Shown here one piece after another: positions 20,421 to 33,482 of a stretch of DNA of 64,000 bases (position 1 is the first letter of the stretch; every line of letters starts with the position of its first letter). The translations under genes and the position numbers were made by a program. The notes beneath the pieces were generated by a model. That model ran no database searches. It had not been told where the DNA came from and saw only the letters and a program-made list of their open reading frames with translations. This DNA comes from the human T2T-CHM13v2.0 reference genome, Homo sapiens. The stretch is taken from the NCBI RefSeq assembly GCF_009914755.1, contig NC_060933.1. The stretch is one strand, 5' to 3'.

Positions 20421-22089
20421 GGGGGGTGTTACCAATTAATTCACATAAATGAGCCTCCTTTCTTATGCTATCCTTAGCAATCGGCTTTGAGTTTCTTAGA
20501 ATCTAAACTACTAGGTAGCTGGTTTACTTACTGTAGCTTTCAAAGCTCATTGTCACATTAAAGCTGTTGCTTTCTTTCAGCACCATTCCCTAAAGCTTTA
20601 ATCTGAGGTAGCTTTGTAATTCTAAGATAAAAATCTTAGAATTTATGAAAATCCTAGTGATATGAAAGAATCCTGAGCATCATGCTTTGACTCACTGTTA
20701 TTCTAATAATTCATTTTGGACTTTTTGGAAGACACCAGAGGGCATAGCTGCATGAAAGTTTAAGAAGAGAATAGCTGGGTTGATTCTGGTGCTTCTTACA
20801 ATCAACAGAATCCCCTCACTTCCCTCTGTCCTTTCCATGAGTAATTCCCACTTTGCTACAGCAGAGAGGCTTGGATCCTGGCGTTTCCCTACTCTGTAGC
20901 CAGCCCATTTCCATTTTTCCATTCTTATTCTCAAGGAGGAAGAGTTGGACTTTAATAGCTCCTGTGAGGTTCTCCTCCCTGGCTGTCCCCAACAGTAGTG
21001 TATTGCTTCTGTTCTACCTCTGGAGTTTCCTATTCTCTATCTCTTTGTACTTTTTGGATCCATATTATTTGTACTGTACACTTAGTATAGAAGCTAACAT
21101 TTTGGTTGTAACTGTAAACCTTAAAGTGTGTCTAAATTCCATGGGCTCTCCAGATTGGGAGGTTGCTGAACATGTAGAAATATGCTTGCTTTTAACTTTC
21201 AGCACTTGTAACAATAGCAACAGCGGCAACAACAAAATTGTCACCGTAAGGGAACCTAGAGAACTCCTTGAATCTATACATTGCATTACTCCATTGTATG
21301 TGAAAATGGTTTCAAAAGTAGGTATCTTTTGGTCTTTTGAATAGTTAACATGGCTCTAATAGACCTCATTTTGCCAGAGTATGAAGTGAAGGAAACCCTT
21401 GTGAGAGTGCCTTTGGAACACTCGCATTTGTGTAAAGAAAATGAAAGAGAATCATAACGTTGCCCATGTAACCTGATGTTTTTTTCCCTGCTATTGGAGT
21501 GTGTAGCCATGGTTTTCTGATTAAGGTATCTTTGAGTTTCCTTCTCCATTTGGCACTCAGTCCCCCTAAGCTATTTTCCTGACATCTGAACCAAGTCTCC
21601 CTCTTCGTTTTTGACCAGGGTGTCTGCCTATATTTCCATCCTCAAGACTAGGCAATGGAGATACCTTGACCTTTCCCTTCCATTCATATCTTTCAATTTC
21701 CAAAGGTACCACTCAAGCAACATTAACACTCAGTGATATGGCCAACGACTGCTAAAGAGTAAAGAGGATGTGGGAGGAAGGGCAGGAACCAATGTGCTGC
21801 TATGCATACTCAGTTTCTCCAGTGATTTAGAGTCAGATGATCTGAAGAGACATAGATTGTGATGGACATAACTTACTTTGTCACCTTTTTTCACTAGTAT
21901 GTGTACAAACATAGCCTTTTCTATATTATTTATGTCAAGAGAGTGTCCTTAAGCTCATTAGTTACCTCTTTTATATTAAAAATTATGACCTAGTACCCCT
22001 GGCAAACAAAAAAATACTCATCCCCTAAAGCTCTTGATGTCTTTAATTGAGTAGATTCCATATTTGTTTCTTTGGGTCCCACATCAGTA

Positions 22090-22320
22090 GTCATTAGCGC
22101 ACACTCTGGAGCCATTCTGCCTGGGTTTGCATCCTTGCTCTGGCACTTACTAGCAGTGCAATCTTGGGCAAGTCATATATCCCCCTCTCTGTGCCTCACT
22201 TTTCTAATCTGTAAAGTGGGGATAATTATGGTACCAACCTTATGGGGTTGCTATGAAGACTAAGTGAGTCAATATTTATGAACACCTTAGAACAATCCCT
22301 GGTACTTAGTAAGTGTTACT
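22090..22320 (+). mobile_element. MIR
   Basis: cacttactagcagtgcaatcttgggcaagtca...ctctgtgcctcacttttctaatctgtaaagtggggataat. Confidence 0.85.
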
Positions 22321-22499
22321 TAGTAAAGTGCTGCTGCTTCTCTTCCTCTTCTTTTACTTGTCCTTCTCCTATTCTTCTTAAGCACTCTGGATCCTGGCCT
22401 TTCCTATGGTCCTGAGATGATCAAAACATAGGGAAGAGCAGAGAGCAAGGCTGGAGAAATTATATGTCAAGCTCATATGACTTGTCTTTCCAGAAAAAT

Positions 22500-23140
22500 A
22501 TAACTTACTTATTGAGCCTTATTATATGTTAGACACTTAACATGTATTTCTCTAATCCTTACAGCAACCCTGGAAAGCAGATATCATTATTCCTATTTTA
22601 TAAGTGAAAATAGAGTAACTTTACCCAAGTTACTTTGGTAATTTGCCCAAGGTCCCACAGTGTGAGTCCATTTTTTGTTGTTGTTGTTGCTATTAAGGAA
22701 TATCCATGGCTGGGTAATTCATAAAGAAAAGAGGTTTATTTGGTTTATGGTTCTGCAGATGGTGCAAGAAGCATAGTACTGGCATTGGCTTCTGGTGAGG
22801 GTTTCAGGCTGCTTCCTCTCGTGGCCTAAGGCAAAGGGGAGTCAGTGTGTGCAGAGATCACCTGGTGAAAGAGGAAGCAAGAGAAGGGGAGGTAACAGGC
22901 TCTTTTTAACAACCAGCTTCTGTGGGAACTAATAGAGTGAGGACTCACTCATTACCATGAAAACAGCACCAAGCCATTCATGAGGTATGTGACCCAAACA
23001 CCTCCCATTAGGCCCCATTCCAGTACTGGGGATCAGATTTCATCATGAGGTTTGAGGGACAAACATTATCCAAACTATAGCACACAGTTAGTAAGGGCAA
23101 TTTTGAAGTTCAAACAGCTCATCTGACTTCAAGCCCATTT
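22500..23140 (-). mobile_element. MIR split by an MSTB LTR
   Basis: cccaaggtcccacag | ttagtaag is contiguous MIR once the LTR and one TSD copy are removed. Confidence 0.75.
22661..23082 (-). mobile_element. MSTB-type solo LTR
   Basis: TG...CA termini; perfect 5-bp TSD cacag (22656-22660 / 23083-23087); ataaagaaaagaggtttatttgg...tccaaactatagca. Confidence 0.92.
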
Positions 23141-23198
23141 AATTTTCTCTCTGCAATTGGGACTTTTGTGATTCCTTAATTCCTTGCACTAAGATTTT

Positions 23199-23593
<395 letters not shown>

Positions 23594-25179
23594 TGAGATC
23601 AGGAGCTCTCCTTGTAGAAAGCAGAGTAAAAAGCTCAGAGTTGTGTGAACACTTGAGTGCTGACCTCACAAGTTAATAGGCTGTAGGTGGCACCAGTAGC
23701 ATGATCAACAAAGCTGTGTCATTTTAGTCGTTTAAAACTTAATCTTGGCTTCGGTATATTTGAGACTTAACTACACTAAATGCTTTTGGGTATATGTCCA
23801 GGTCTCTACAGGGGAGTACAATGGATGAGAGCGTCTTTATTTCTAGTAACATTGATACAGTTTTGTCCAAATACATGGAATATTCCCACCTCCACTGGTT
23901 TCTTTCCTAGTAACAAAGTCATGGGCCATTTATGGCCTCACCCACGTACCTCTCTATTGAAAGACATAAAATATGGCAGTGCATTTTTGTGCCAATGAGC
24001 AGGGAAATTGTCAGCTTCTCTTTTCCTTATTCATGTGTTTCCCAGGGTTGTCAGTTGGCATTATGGGTAGTGTGCATATTGATTGGTGCATATTGACTGG
24101 GTGTTGCAGACATCCTAACAAAATGAATAGATGAGATGTGGAGTTTCTCTTTGCTATACAAATTTGAGGGAAAATGCTGAGTTAATGGGAGGATGCTTTG
24201 GTATAAAATAAAAGTTAACATGAGCCAGGCTGCCAGCAGAAGTGCTAAGAGGAGAGACATTTTATAATTTATCAAGTTTTAAGTCTTTGTCTCACCAATA
24301 AACAGAAGTGTTATTCATGTTGATTAACTAAAAAGCCTCCTCACAGACAAGGATCTGATTCTGAGTTTAGGGATTCTTTGCTGATTATAACTTCAGGCTC
24401 CAGAATGGCTCTCCTTGTCCTCTCCCCTTTCCCGCCCAGTGCACCACTTCAGAAGAGGAGAGGCAGTTATATTCCTACTCTGTAATTCCTTATTTTGCCT
24501 CTTTCCCCACTAATTCATTCTGAACTCCACACACACTGATTTCCCTTTGCCTCAAACTGGTTTTACCTAATTATTAACCCAGCAGGAAGAATTAACTTGT
24601 AACTCCAGTGTTGTTTTTGTGTCTCTTGAGACATCTCAGCATGACTGAGCACCATAAAATTTGAGTTGTGATTTCTGGAGCTGGAGCGTAGTTGTAGAGA
24701 AGGAAACTTTGAGGGGTGGCTTGTAACATAAGGAAATCATTTTGATGCAAGTAAATGTCTGCAAGTGAACATTCACTAATGAGGTTGAGAGTTTATTTAT
24801 AGCAAATAATCACCGTTATTATTCTTTACTTGCTATGCATCACCCCAGCACTGGGTTGTATACAACATGCCAAGATTTTTGCTGAGTGTTTCCTCTTTAA
24901 GTCATATGGACAAGACAATTTAAACATGTGAAAGATAATCAAATTAGAGGAGTGGGGAGTTTTCTTGATCTTTTATGTCACCAAGTTAAGGAATTAAGAC
25001 AAACAGTTCATGTGTACATATCTGAAATCATAAATCTATGATCAGCATAGTCAAAAAGCGGTAGAAGTAGAATCTATTGGGAGAGAGGAATTTTGTGTGG
25101 AAGAGAATAATAAATAAAGTTATATGCTATTTGCTATGGCTTTTTAACATTAGCTATCATATGAAGCTGTTACTTGATG

Positions 25180-25610
25180 CCAGGAAAATCTATCCTGCTG
25201 CCTGTTTGTATAAATAAAGTTTTATTGGGGCTGGGCACGGTGGTTCATGACTGTAATCCCAGTATTTTGGGAAGCCGAGGCAGGAGGATCACTTGAGTTC
25301 AGAAGTTTGAGACCACCTGCGTAACATAGTGAGAGTCCATCTTTACAAAAAATTAAAAAAAAAAATTAGTTGGGTGTGCATACCTGTGGTCCTAGCTATT
25401 CAGGAGGCCGAGGTGGGAAGAAGAACATTTGAGCCCAGGAGGTCGAGGCTGCAGTGAGCTGTGACTGTTCCACTGCACTCCAGGCTGGGCAACAGAACAA
25501 GACCCTGTGTCTAAAGGAAAAAGTTTTACTGGAACAGAATCACATTCGTTTGTTCAGGTATCACCTACGCCTGCCTTCACATTATAATGGCAGAATGAAG
25601 TAGTTGCTAC
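25180..25610 (+). mobile_element. MER58A hAT MITE split by an AluJ
   Basis: ctgcctgtttgtataaataaagttttattgg | aacag...aatggcagaatgaagtagttgc. Confidence 0.75.
25229..25519 (+). mobile_element. AluJ
   Basis: gagcccaggaggtcgaggctgcagtgagc and agaccctgt; 13-bp TSD aaagttttattgg / aaagttttactgg. Confidence 0.93.
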
Positions 25611-25629
25611 TACTTTACTATTTAACCTA

Positions 25630-25755
25630 TCTGGAGCACAGATAGGTTAAATAACTCACCCAAGCTCACACAGTTAGGAAGTGGTTGACTCAAGATTCAA
25701 ACTCAAGCAGTCTGATTCCATAGCCTGCCCTCTTCACCATTGTACCATACTGCCC
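25630..25755 (-). mobile_element. MIR fragment
   Basis: ggttaaataactcacccaagctcacacag...gattcaaactcaagcagtctgattcca. Confidence 0.75.
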
Positions 25756-25926
25756 CTTTACTATATAAGACATAAATCTAGTTGCCTTGTAGGTAGAAAA
25801 CAACTTGAATTTACCAGTCCATTGTTCCTCTCACCAGCCTGGCTCAGACTCTGTCTGGACCAATTGAGGTGAACTAGAGGCTACACTGGGGAAGTGGCTG
25901 AAGGTACCATCAGCAGTGAAGCCATC

Positions 25927-26283
25927 TGCTGTGGTCTGAATGTTTGTGTCCCCTCTCAAATTCATATATTGAAATCCTAACCCTTAATGGGATGGTATTT
26001 GGAAATAGAACCTTGGGGATGTAATCAGGTAATGAGGAGGGGGTGCTCATTAATATGAGTGCCCTTATGAAAAGACATAAGGAAGTTTGCTTTCTCTCTC
26101 TTAATCCTGTGAAGATATAACAAGAAGATGACTGTCTGCAAACCAGGAATAGTCCCCTCACCAGACACTAGATCTGCTGGTGGCACCTTGACCTTGGAAT
26201 TCCCAACCTCCAGAACTGTGAGAAATAAATGTCTGTTGTTCACGCCACTCTGTGTATTCTGTCAGCCTGAACTGACTAAGACA
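25927..26283 (+). mobile_element. MLT1A/A0 solo LTR
   Basis: tgctgtggtctgaatgtttgtgtcccc...caccttgaccttgga...ctccagaactgtgagaaataaat...gactaagaca. Confidence 0.88.
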
Positions 26284-26419
26284 ACACCTATTTTCTACCA
26301 TTGGGTCAAGGTATGCCAGACTGAACTCTGCCTAGGCAGACATTGGTGTTTTCTTTTTAAAAGTTTACTTCCAGTCTGGCAGTACAATTGGCACATGGTA
26401 GGAATTCAAAGACTGTCAT

Positions 26420-26935
26420 TATGGAGTCCCTGCCGAGTTTCTATTAGCTTTTCTTCCTGATATTAGCACCTTGAATTTCCACTGAGAGAGCACTTCTCCA
26501 CCATAGTCATTCATGTAGACTGAGTGGGGTTGACCTCACCCTAACTCCAGTGGTGGGTCCTGATTAGCCCATCAAAGTGTCCTGTCCTTCTTTCTATCAT
26601 GATGGTGTAGTGATGGGAACATGATTTAAGCTGATCCAACTAGAGTAAAGCTCACCATCTGTCATGGAATTGCCGGGGCATAAATGCTCTCTTCCCCACA
26701 GAAGGTGGTAATAAGAGGATTTGTACCATGGAACTGTCTTCTCTGTGAGAGGAGAACTTGTAGTTGCTAGGGAGCTGCTATGTAAGGTTTGAAGTTGGAG
26801 CTACCCAGATTTTTACCTGGGGCCTGAAACCAGACTTATTCCTTGAATTATTGATTTACAAATTTTTGTTGTTGTTGTTGTTCAAGCAGATTTGGGTTTT
26901 GGATTTTCTGTTGCTGCCAGATTTCTAATTGATAG
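26420..26935 (+). mobile_element. Old MaLR LTR (MLT1K/L-like)
   Basis: ggggttgacctcacc...ctccagtggtggg...acatgatttaagctgatccaa...ttggattttctgttgc. Confidence 0.55.
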
Positions 26936-26936
26936 A

Positions 26937-27150
26937 GGCAGCAATCTAGTGTAGAGCAAAGAAGATAGGACTAGAGTGAGGAAATCTGTGTTTAAGACCT
27001 GGCTTTCCAATGAACTAGTTTTGTGTTCCTGCATATGGTGGCTGATTTATGATTCCTGTTTCCCCACTTGAAGAAAAAGGACAGCCCCATCTTCCTCATA
27101 GGACTGTTGTGAGAAGGAAGATACATCATTTATACCTTCAGAATTGTGTT
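26937..27150 (+). mobile_element. MIR
   Basis: ggcagcaatctagtgtagag...ctgtttccccacttg...cctcataggactgttgtgagaa. Confidence 0.6.
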
Positions 27151-27579
27151 TGAGGGTGGAGAGAGTATCCCCAACAGGGTTGAAATCTTGCAGACAGAAG
27201 TCAGCTCTACTTTGTCCACTGAGATACAGCAAAGCCCTCCAGAGCTCAGTCTTGCTTCCCTGTCAATTGCACAATGGTTGGATGATGCCATTTATGTATC
27301 TGGTTTGACAGACATCTCACTTTATTCATTTTCAAGACGAAGGATTCTTTCACTAGTCTCCCCCAGATTTTCTACTTTGAGTCAGGAATGGAGGACAGAG
27401 TGGGTGGATGGATAATGAGAACGCTATGTTGCCTCAGGTGGAAATGATCAGATAGAGGATAGATGGCCACACATTAGGGATGCAGAGAGGGCATACCTGC
27501 ACCTGCACCAGACCTGCATGTGTTCCACATTTCTTTCTAGGTAGAAATTTTTAAAGTAATTGGCATGTTGTACCATTAG

Positions 27580-27790
27580 AATAGCAAGCAGACAACCAGG
27601 CTTTCAGTCCAGGTACCATTTCTCACTGTACAAGGCTGTGCTAGTAACTAAATGGTTTAAACTTCCTGAGGCCTCAGGTTTTCTCATCTGTCAAATGGGC
27701 ATCTAGTATGTACGCTGGCAACCTTACATTGCTGGTATGGGAATAAAATGTGGAAAATGTCAGTGAAAATATTTTGGATTTGCGGAAAGC
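27580..27790 (+). mobile_element. MIR
   Basis: gcctcaggttttctcatctgtcaaatggg core. Confidence 0.65.
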
Positions 27791-28059
27791 CCAAGTAAGA
27801 CAGTATGCAAAAATTCAGAAGCTGCACATCTTTTTAGATTTCGTTCTTACTCACTGAAACCCTTCGCAAAGGGAATTCTCGCTCTATGAATTACACTTTC
27901 CAATAGCATGTCTCACAGGGCATGTTAACTTCTAAGCCACTGATGATCTTCAGGACTCAGTGTGTACATGCAGCTACTGTCTAGAGAAGGCCTGTGGATC
28001 ATCTTCATTGTCATCATCATCTGCGTATCTGCATCCTCATCACTGCATCATCACCAGTG

Positions 28060-28275
28060 CCATTTATTAAACACAAGGTATATCAGGCATTATGGTTGGT
28101 GGTTTACATATATTCTCTAATTTAAACCTTGCGATATACCTGTAAAATATTATCTCCTTTTTATGTATGAGAAAATCAAGATTCAGAAAGACTGAGTTTC
28201 CTAAGGTCACATAGTTAGTTGAGAGCTGTGCTGTAACCCAAACCCTTGCTCTTTTCACTGCACCATATTGCCTCT
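28060..28275 (-). mobile_element. MIR
   Basis: catttattaaacac...gagaaaatcaagattcaga...cctaaggtcacatagttagt. Confidence 0.7.
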
Positions 28276-29364
28276 ACCAAAGGGAGCTTTGGAATTAGAC
28301 CTGGAAGTTCTTATCTCATTCCATTGCTTCAGCAATTCAACACAAAGGCTCTGGTCCAACCCTTTTCCTTTTGTGTCTCAGTAGGTAATATTTCATCCTT
28401 TTCCCCTCTGATCCCACCCTCATTGCCAGATTCTGGAACCGTCTGCATGTTTCTGGTCTATAGTTCAGCTTCTCTCCCCAGGCATTTGAGAAAGGCATTC
28501 TCCACAAAAAGGGAAAACACATTTTATTAAAGCAAACATGCAGTCCTCAGCACTTTTACTTATCTTATTTATACACTGCAGTGCAGCTTTCTATGACCTA
28601 GTGATTATCATTTCCCAGAGCTATCATCATTTTAAAGGTACCTGTTCATCCCGCTTCAGCAGATGGTACTACGCTAGGAGTATTGTAAGAGCTTTAAAGA
28701 AAGGAAAACAAACAAACAAAGGAAAGATCTGTGGTTGGGTCAGCCAGAGGAAGAACTCACTTGCATTGTCTCCCAGTACTGTTCTGTTTCAGCTGGGGCT
28801 ATGATGTGTGACGTGACTCCTAGAGGCCTAACCACTGGGGAAATTTATTTAGTCAGTGGTTTTCTTTTTCCCCTCTTTCTCCCTGTCAGTTAGTGGCATA
28901 GAGTTGGTTTAAAATATTCTTATATCCGATCTTCCCAGTTAAATCTCCTGGTTAAATTGAAGTCATTTGTCCCTTTACTCACTCATCTGACAAAAGACTT
29001 TTTGAGCACCTACCCTATGTAAGGTACTGTTCTAGGTTTAAGTTTCAATTGGCACCAACAGTTCTATGTCCTTGGGCAAATGCTTTGCTTTTCCAGACCT
29101 CACTTTTTCCTTCTATATGATGAGGGGCCTGGCTCAGGTTGCTAAATCTCATCTCAGAAACAGAAGGATTGGAGCTTGTAAAACCATTTTACAGATAGAA
29201 AATTCTAAGGTTCCAAACAAGCCAGGCTTGTTAACAATGGACAGCATCCAAGGAGAACTCCCCAAAGGATTATAATGCAAGTAGGTGGGCTGCTCAGGCC
29301 TAGTGAGGACCAAGCTATCCTTCTTCTCTGTTTCAAATTCCCTGAAATTCTTAATACTCTAGAG

Positions 29365-29600
29365 CAGTGTTTCTCAACCTTTTTTTCATTATCTCCCTCA
29401 TAAACAGCCTTTTAAGACATTTTTTTTGCTAATCCCCTCCCCTGTGAAATTTTAATCCCACAGAAATACTGGATACCTCTTTATGTACTATGACCTTTGG
29501 GAAGCAGGGAGCAAACCATGATAATATCTAAGGTTTTTGGCCTTCAAGAACCAAATTTCATCCCCTTGGTAGTTATATTGGCCCCTACTGAGAATGCATG
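29365..29600. mobile_element. MER96B-like hAT MITE
   Basis: Termini cagtgtttctcaa / tgagaatgcatg; 8-bp TSD ctctagag (29357-29364) / ccctagag (29601-29608). Confidence 0.8.
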
Positions 29601-29608
29601 CCCTAGAG

Positions 29609-30243
<635 letters not shown>

Positions 30244-30244
30244 T

Positions 30245-30470
30245 GTATAGTCTTCTGGAACATGGGATTTAGAATCAGATGGGATGGATCTGAGTTTATT
30301 TGCTATTACACCGACTACCAGCTATACCATCCTGGGCAAGTGTTAGAGTTTCAGTTTCATCATCTGTAAAATGGGTATTTGAATGCGAATGTACTTCACA
30401 AGATATCTATAAGAACTGAAACAGATAATCAACTGTGCCTGACACACGGTAGGCACTCAGTAGAATTTAG
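30245..30470 (+). mobile_element. MIR
   Basis: cctgggcaagt...tcagtttcatcatctgtaaaatggg...gtgcctgacacacggtaggcactcagta. Confidence 0.8.
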
Positions 30471-31575
30471 TTATCTCTCATGCCACTCTTTGTCTTTACA
30501 TTTTCTTCCATTGATTATAGCAACTTGTGCTTGAACACACAGGAAACAATAGCTGCTGAGGAACTGTGGCCAAATAAAACAAGGAAGGACTCCAGTATCA
30601 CTCTCAATGTCTCTGTTTTCCCTTTCCTGAACACAGAACAGGGAAGGGTATTATTACGCTGCCTGAAATGATGTTAAACTGGCATGAGTCCTGACTTCTT
30701 TTCTTATGAAACTGGTGGACCCAGTTATTAACTCTTCATATCCTGAGTAAGGTAAATCTTGTAAAAAAAAAAAATCATGTCTCATTAAATGGAGACCACT
30801 CAGTTTTATAGGGGAAATACCAAATGTTGTTTTATAACAAACTTTCTTTAAAAATTATGCTCTATTTTGAGGATTTAGCAGTACATATCTTTTTTTTTCT
30901 TTTGGACATATGAGTTGTCTATGTATGTACATTTATGGATTTGTTGTGTTTTGAATGTAGTAATATCCATTGAGTATCAATGAGCATGTTCTCTTCAAAT
31001 TTCTAGTTGGGGTTGTTATCCATAAAGCTGGGAGATGACTTGCTGGGATTTGACACCAAGATAATTAAGAGTACTACCAGATATCTATGTTGTAAGGAGA
31101 GTTCAGGGCTGTAGTCTAATCCCATTTGAATTATTTCTGGCAGTTTGCCATGGTCATCTGTAGAAGAGGCTATGGGAGGGGGGTAATGTAACGTGCGTTC
31201 TTTCAGATCCATCAATATGAAAACCAGAAATGGTGATTCCAGTGGCCCTACTCCCCACTGTAACAAGTTTTCAAGAGGAAAAAACTATGGAGAAAATGAA
31301 AAAAAGCATAACAGATTCACTGCATTAACCTTAAAATTTCTGCTAGGGGAAAAATGTAGTATTTCTTCTTTTGTATGTATGTTGACTCCAATAGTTGATA
31401 AAACTGAAGTTCTACATCATAAATTCCCATTTGGGCATTCAGTTCTGAGAACCTGCATCCAGCAGCCTTATCACTTTGAAGTAAAGTCACAATCACTAAT
31501 GGAATCTGCTAGCTTTTCACACACTGAAATTAGCTTTGATTCTTCCCCCCAAACATATGTTTAAAAGCAACATGC

Positions 31576-31605
31576 GCATACTGTACACTGGCATACTGTA
31601 CACTG
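31576..31605. repeat. Perfect 15-bp tandem duplication
   Basis: gcatactgtacactg x2. Confidence 0.95.
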
Positions 31606-33237
31606 ACCCATCAAAGCAATCAATGCCATGGGGGAGGCTTGTGGACTCACCTATTGGGGTTGAGGAAAAAAAATGTATTTCTTTCAGGAGGAGAAATAGG
31701 ATTTCTGAGCTGTCTTCTGGCCCCAAAGAAGGGAGAATCTCCTTCTTCCTTCCCTATGAAAGAAGAGAATGTAAATGCCATTTTCCTTTGCGACTGTGAA
31801 TAATAACATTTATGCTCTGAGATTGGTTTGCTTCTTTAATATGAAAAATGATATTCTGTTTGGATGAGACATTTCCTTGAATGCTTAGCATAAATTGAGC
31901 CCTTAAGCTTTTAACAAGAAATTCTGGGCTGTCTTGCCTGAAAACTCTGAGTAGATCTTGGAAACATTGCAGGTTTCTTGATTTGATGCAAAAAACTAGC
32001 CTTTTTCATGAGATTACTAACAGCACCCTTTGTTTGATATTCAGGAAGAGCCATCCAAAACAATCCTTGTTTGTATATCATTTTTTCTCTATCTTTATCT
32101 CATTCCCTCTCTCAGATTCTATTGCTCACTTGGCTCTTTCTTTCTTTGTCTGTCTCCTTCTTCTCCCCTTCTTTCTTACTCTTCCTCTCCACACTCCCTC
32201 TTTGTCTCACATCTTTACATATACACTTCCTTTCCTTTTTATTTTTTAATCATACCCTTGAGTGACACAGACCCAGTTAAGGTATTTACAGAACTGAGAG
32301 ATATGTATGCTGGAGAAGGAAATGCATTTTTCGTCACTCATAGTGACAATTAAAATGACAACAATAAGGCCAGACTCCTCCATCATTTTTTTTTAATGCT
32401 GTCAGCATCAACTTTGCCAGAATTATTCTGGCTGATGCATGAGTGGACTTAGTCATTTTTTACATTGTGTGATGCAGAGCTTCAATATCATTTCAGAGAA
32501 TAAATTAGCCTCCATCTCATTTAAACCAGCATCCTAAAAACCCTTCTCAGCAACATGCTATTCTAGCCAAAGAAGGTATATTTGTATAGATATAAAATCT
32601 CTACAGATTTTTGGCTGGGATATTTGTAGAGCTGTAAAATCTTTCTCTTTGTAGCTTAGATGATGCATTAAATTCTGGTGTCAAGAGATCAAAGGCATTT
32701 TGGTGTATCACATTTGGATTCCCTAAGAGGACTCAGTGGGTAAGCTGTAGCCACTCAGATTGAGACTCTAACATATACCTTGATCATTCTTCGGTTCTGG
32801 AGAATACACAAAGGATGGCAGAAGCACTTGGAACCCTTCCAAGGGAATGCAAATACAAATGGCTAGTTGTTTCACAGTGTGTTTTGCATTTCTGTACTGG
32901 CAGGATGTATCTCCATGCTAGACAGAAATTTGGTTGAGCCTCTTTGAGACAGACTGTCCCTGCCTATGACTTGGGTACCCTGTTCTGCTGCTTCTCATTT
33001 TGATGCCTACAACGGATAGTCTGCTGACAGACTAAATGGGGTCCAAAGAAGACCTGTATTCATGTCTGCAGCTGCCAGAGATCTCAGAGTATTTTATTGT
33101 TTGAATGGTTTTTTAGAAGGGGAATGAGTTGGAGAGATGACTGCCAGGCAGAGGCTGATGCCACTGAAATCTCATTTGGAGAGGCTGAAGTCTGATTTTT
33201 CTTATAACATGTAACCTTCTGAAATAGTCTCCTGGGT

Positions 33238-33238
<1 letters not shown>

Positions 33239-33279
<41 letters not shown>
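33239..33279. repeat. (CA)n microsatellite, about 20 units
   Basis: Perfect AC run. Confidence 0.98.
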
Positions 33280-33282
<3 letters not shown>

Positions 33283-33384
33283 GTATATATCTGCCCTCCT
33301 GATTGGTCCTTCTTTTACACTCATCTCTGCTCTGGCACTTGTATGACATTGCAGATACTAGTTTGTCTCTCTCTCTACCAGGCA

Positions 33385-33482
33385 TGTGCTCTCTGAGGGC
33401 GAGGACTGCATCTTACTCATATCTGTGCCCCAGTATCTAGCACAGTGCCTGGCACATTCTAGGTGCTTAGTTAATACTGAGT
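33385..33482 (+). mobile_element. L2 3' end
   Basis: tgagggcgaggactg...ccccagtatctagcacagtgcctggcacattctaggtgct. Confidence 0.8.

Noticed and set aside
20853-21344. Longest non-repeat ORF (163 aa)
   Set aside because: Non-ATG start, no recognisable domain, and a composition expected from T-rich non-coding DNA.
32080-32250. Pyrimidine-rich tracts (also near 44085-44150 and 44790-44930) as H-DNA or splice elements
   Set aside because: Low-complexity without clear mirror symmetry or a convincing exon downstream.
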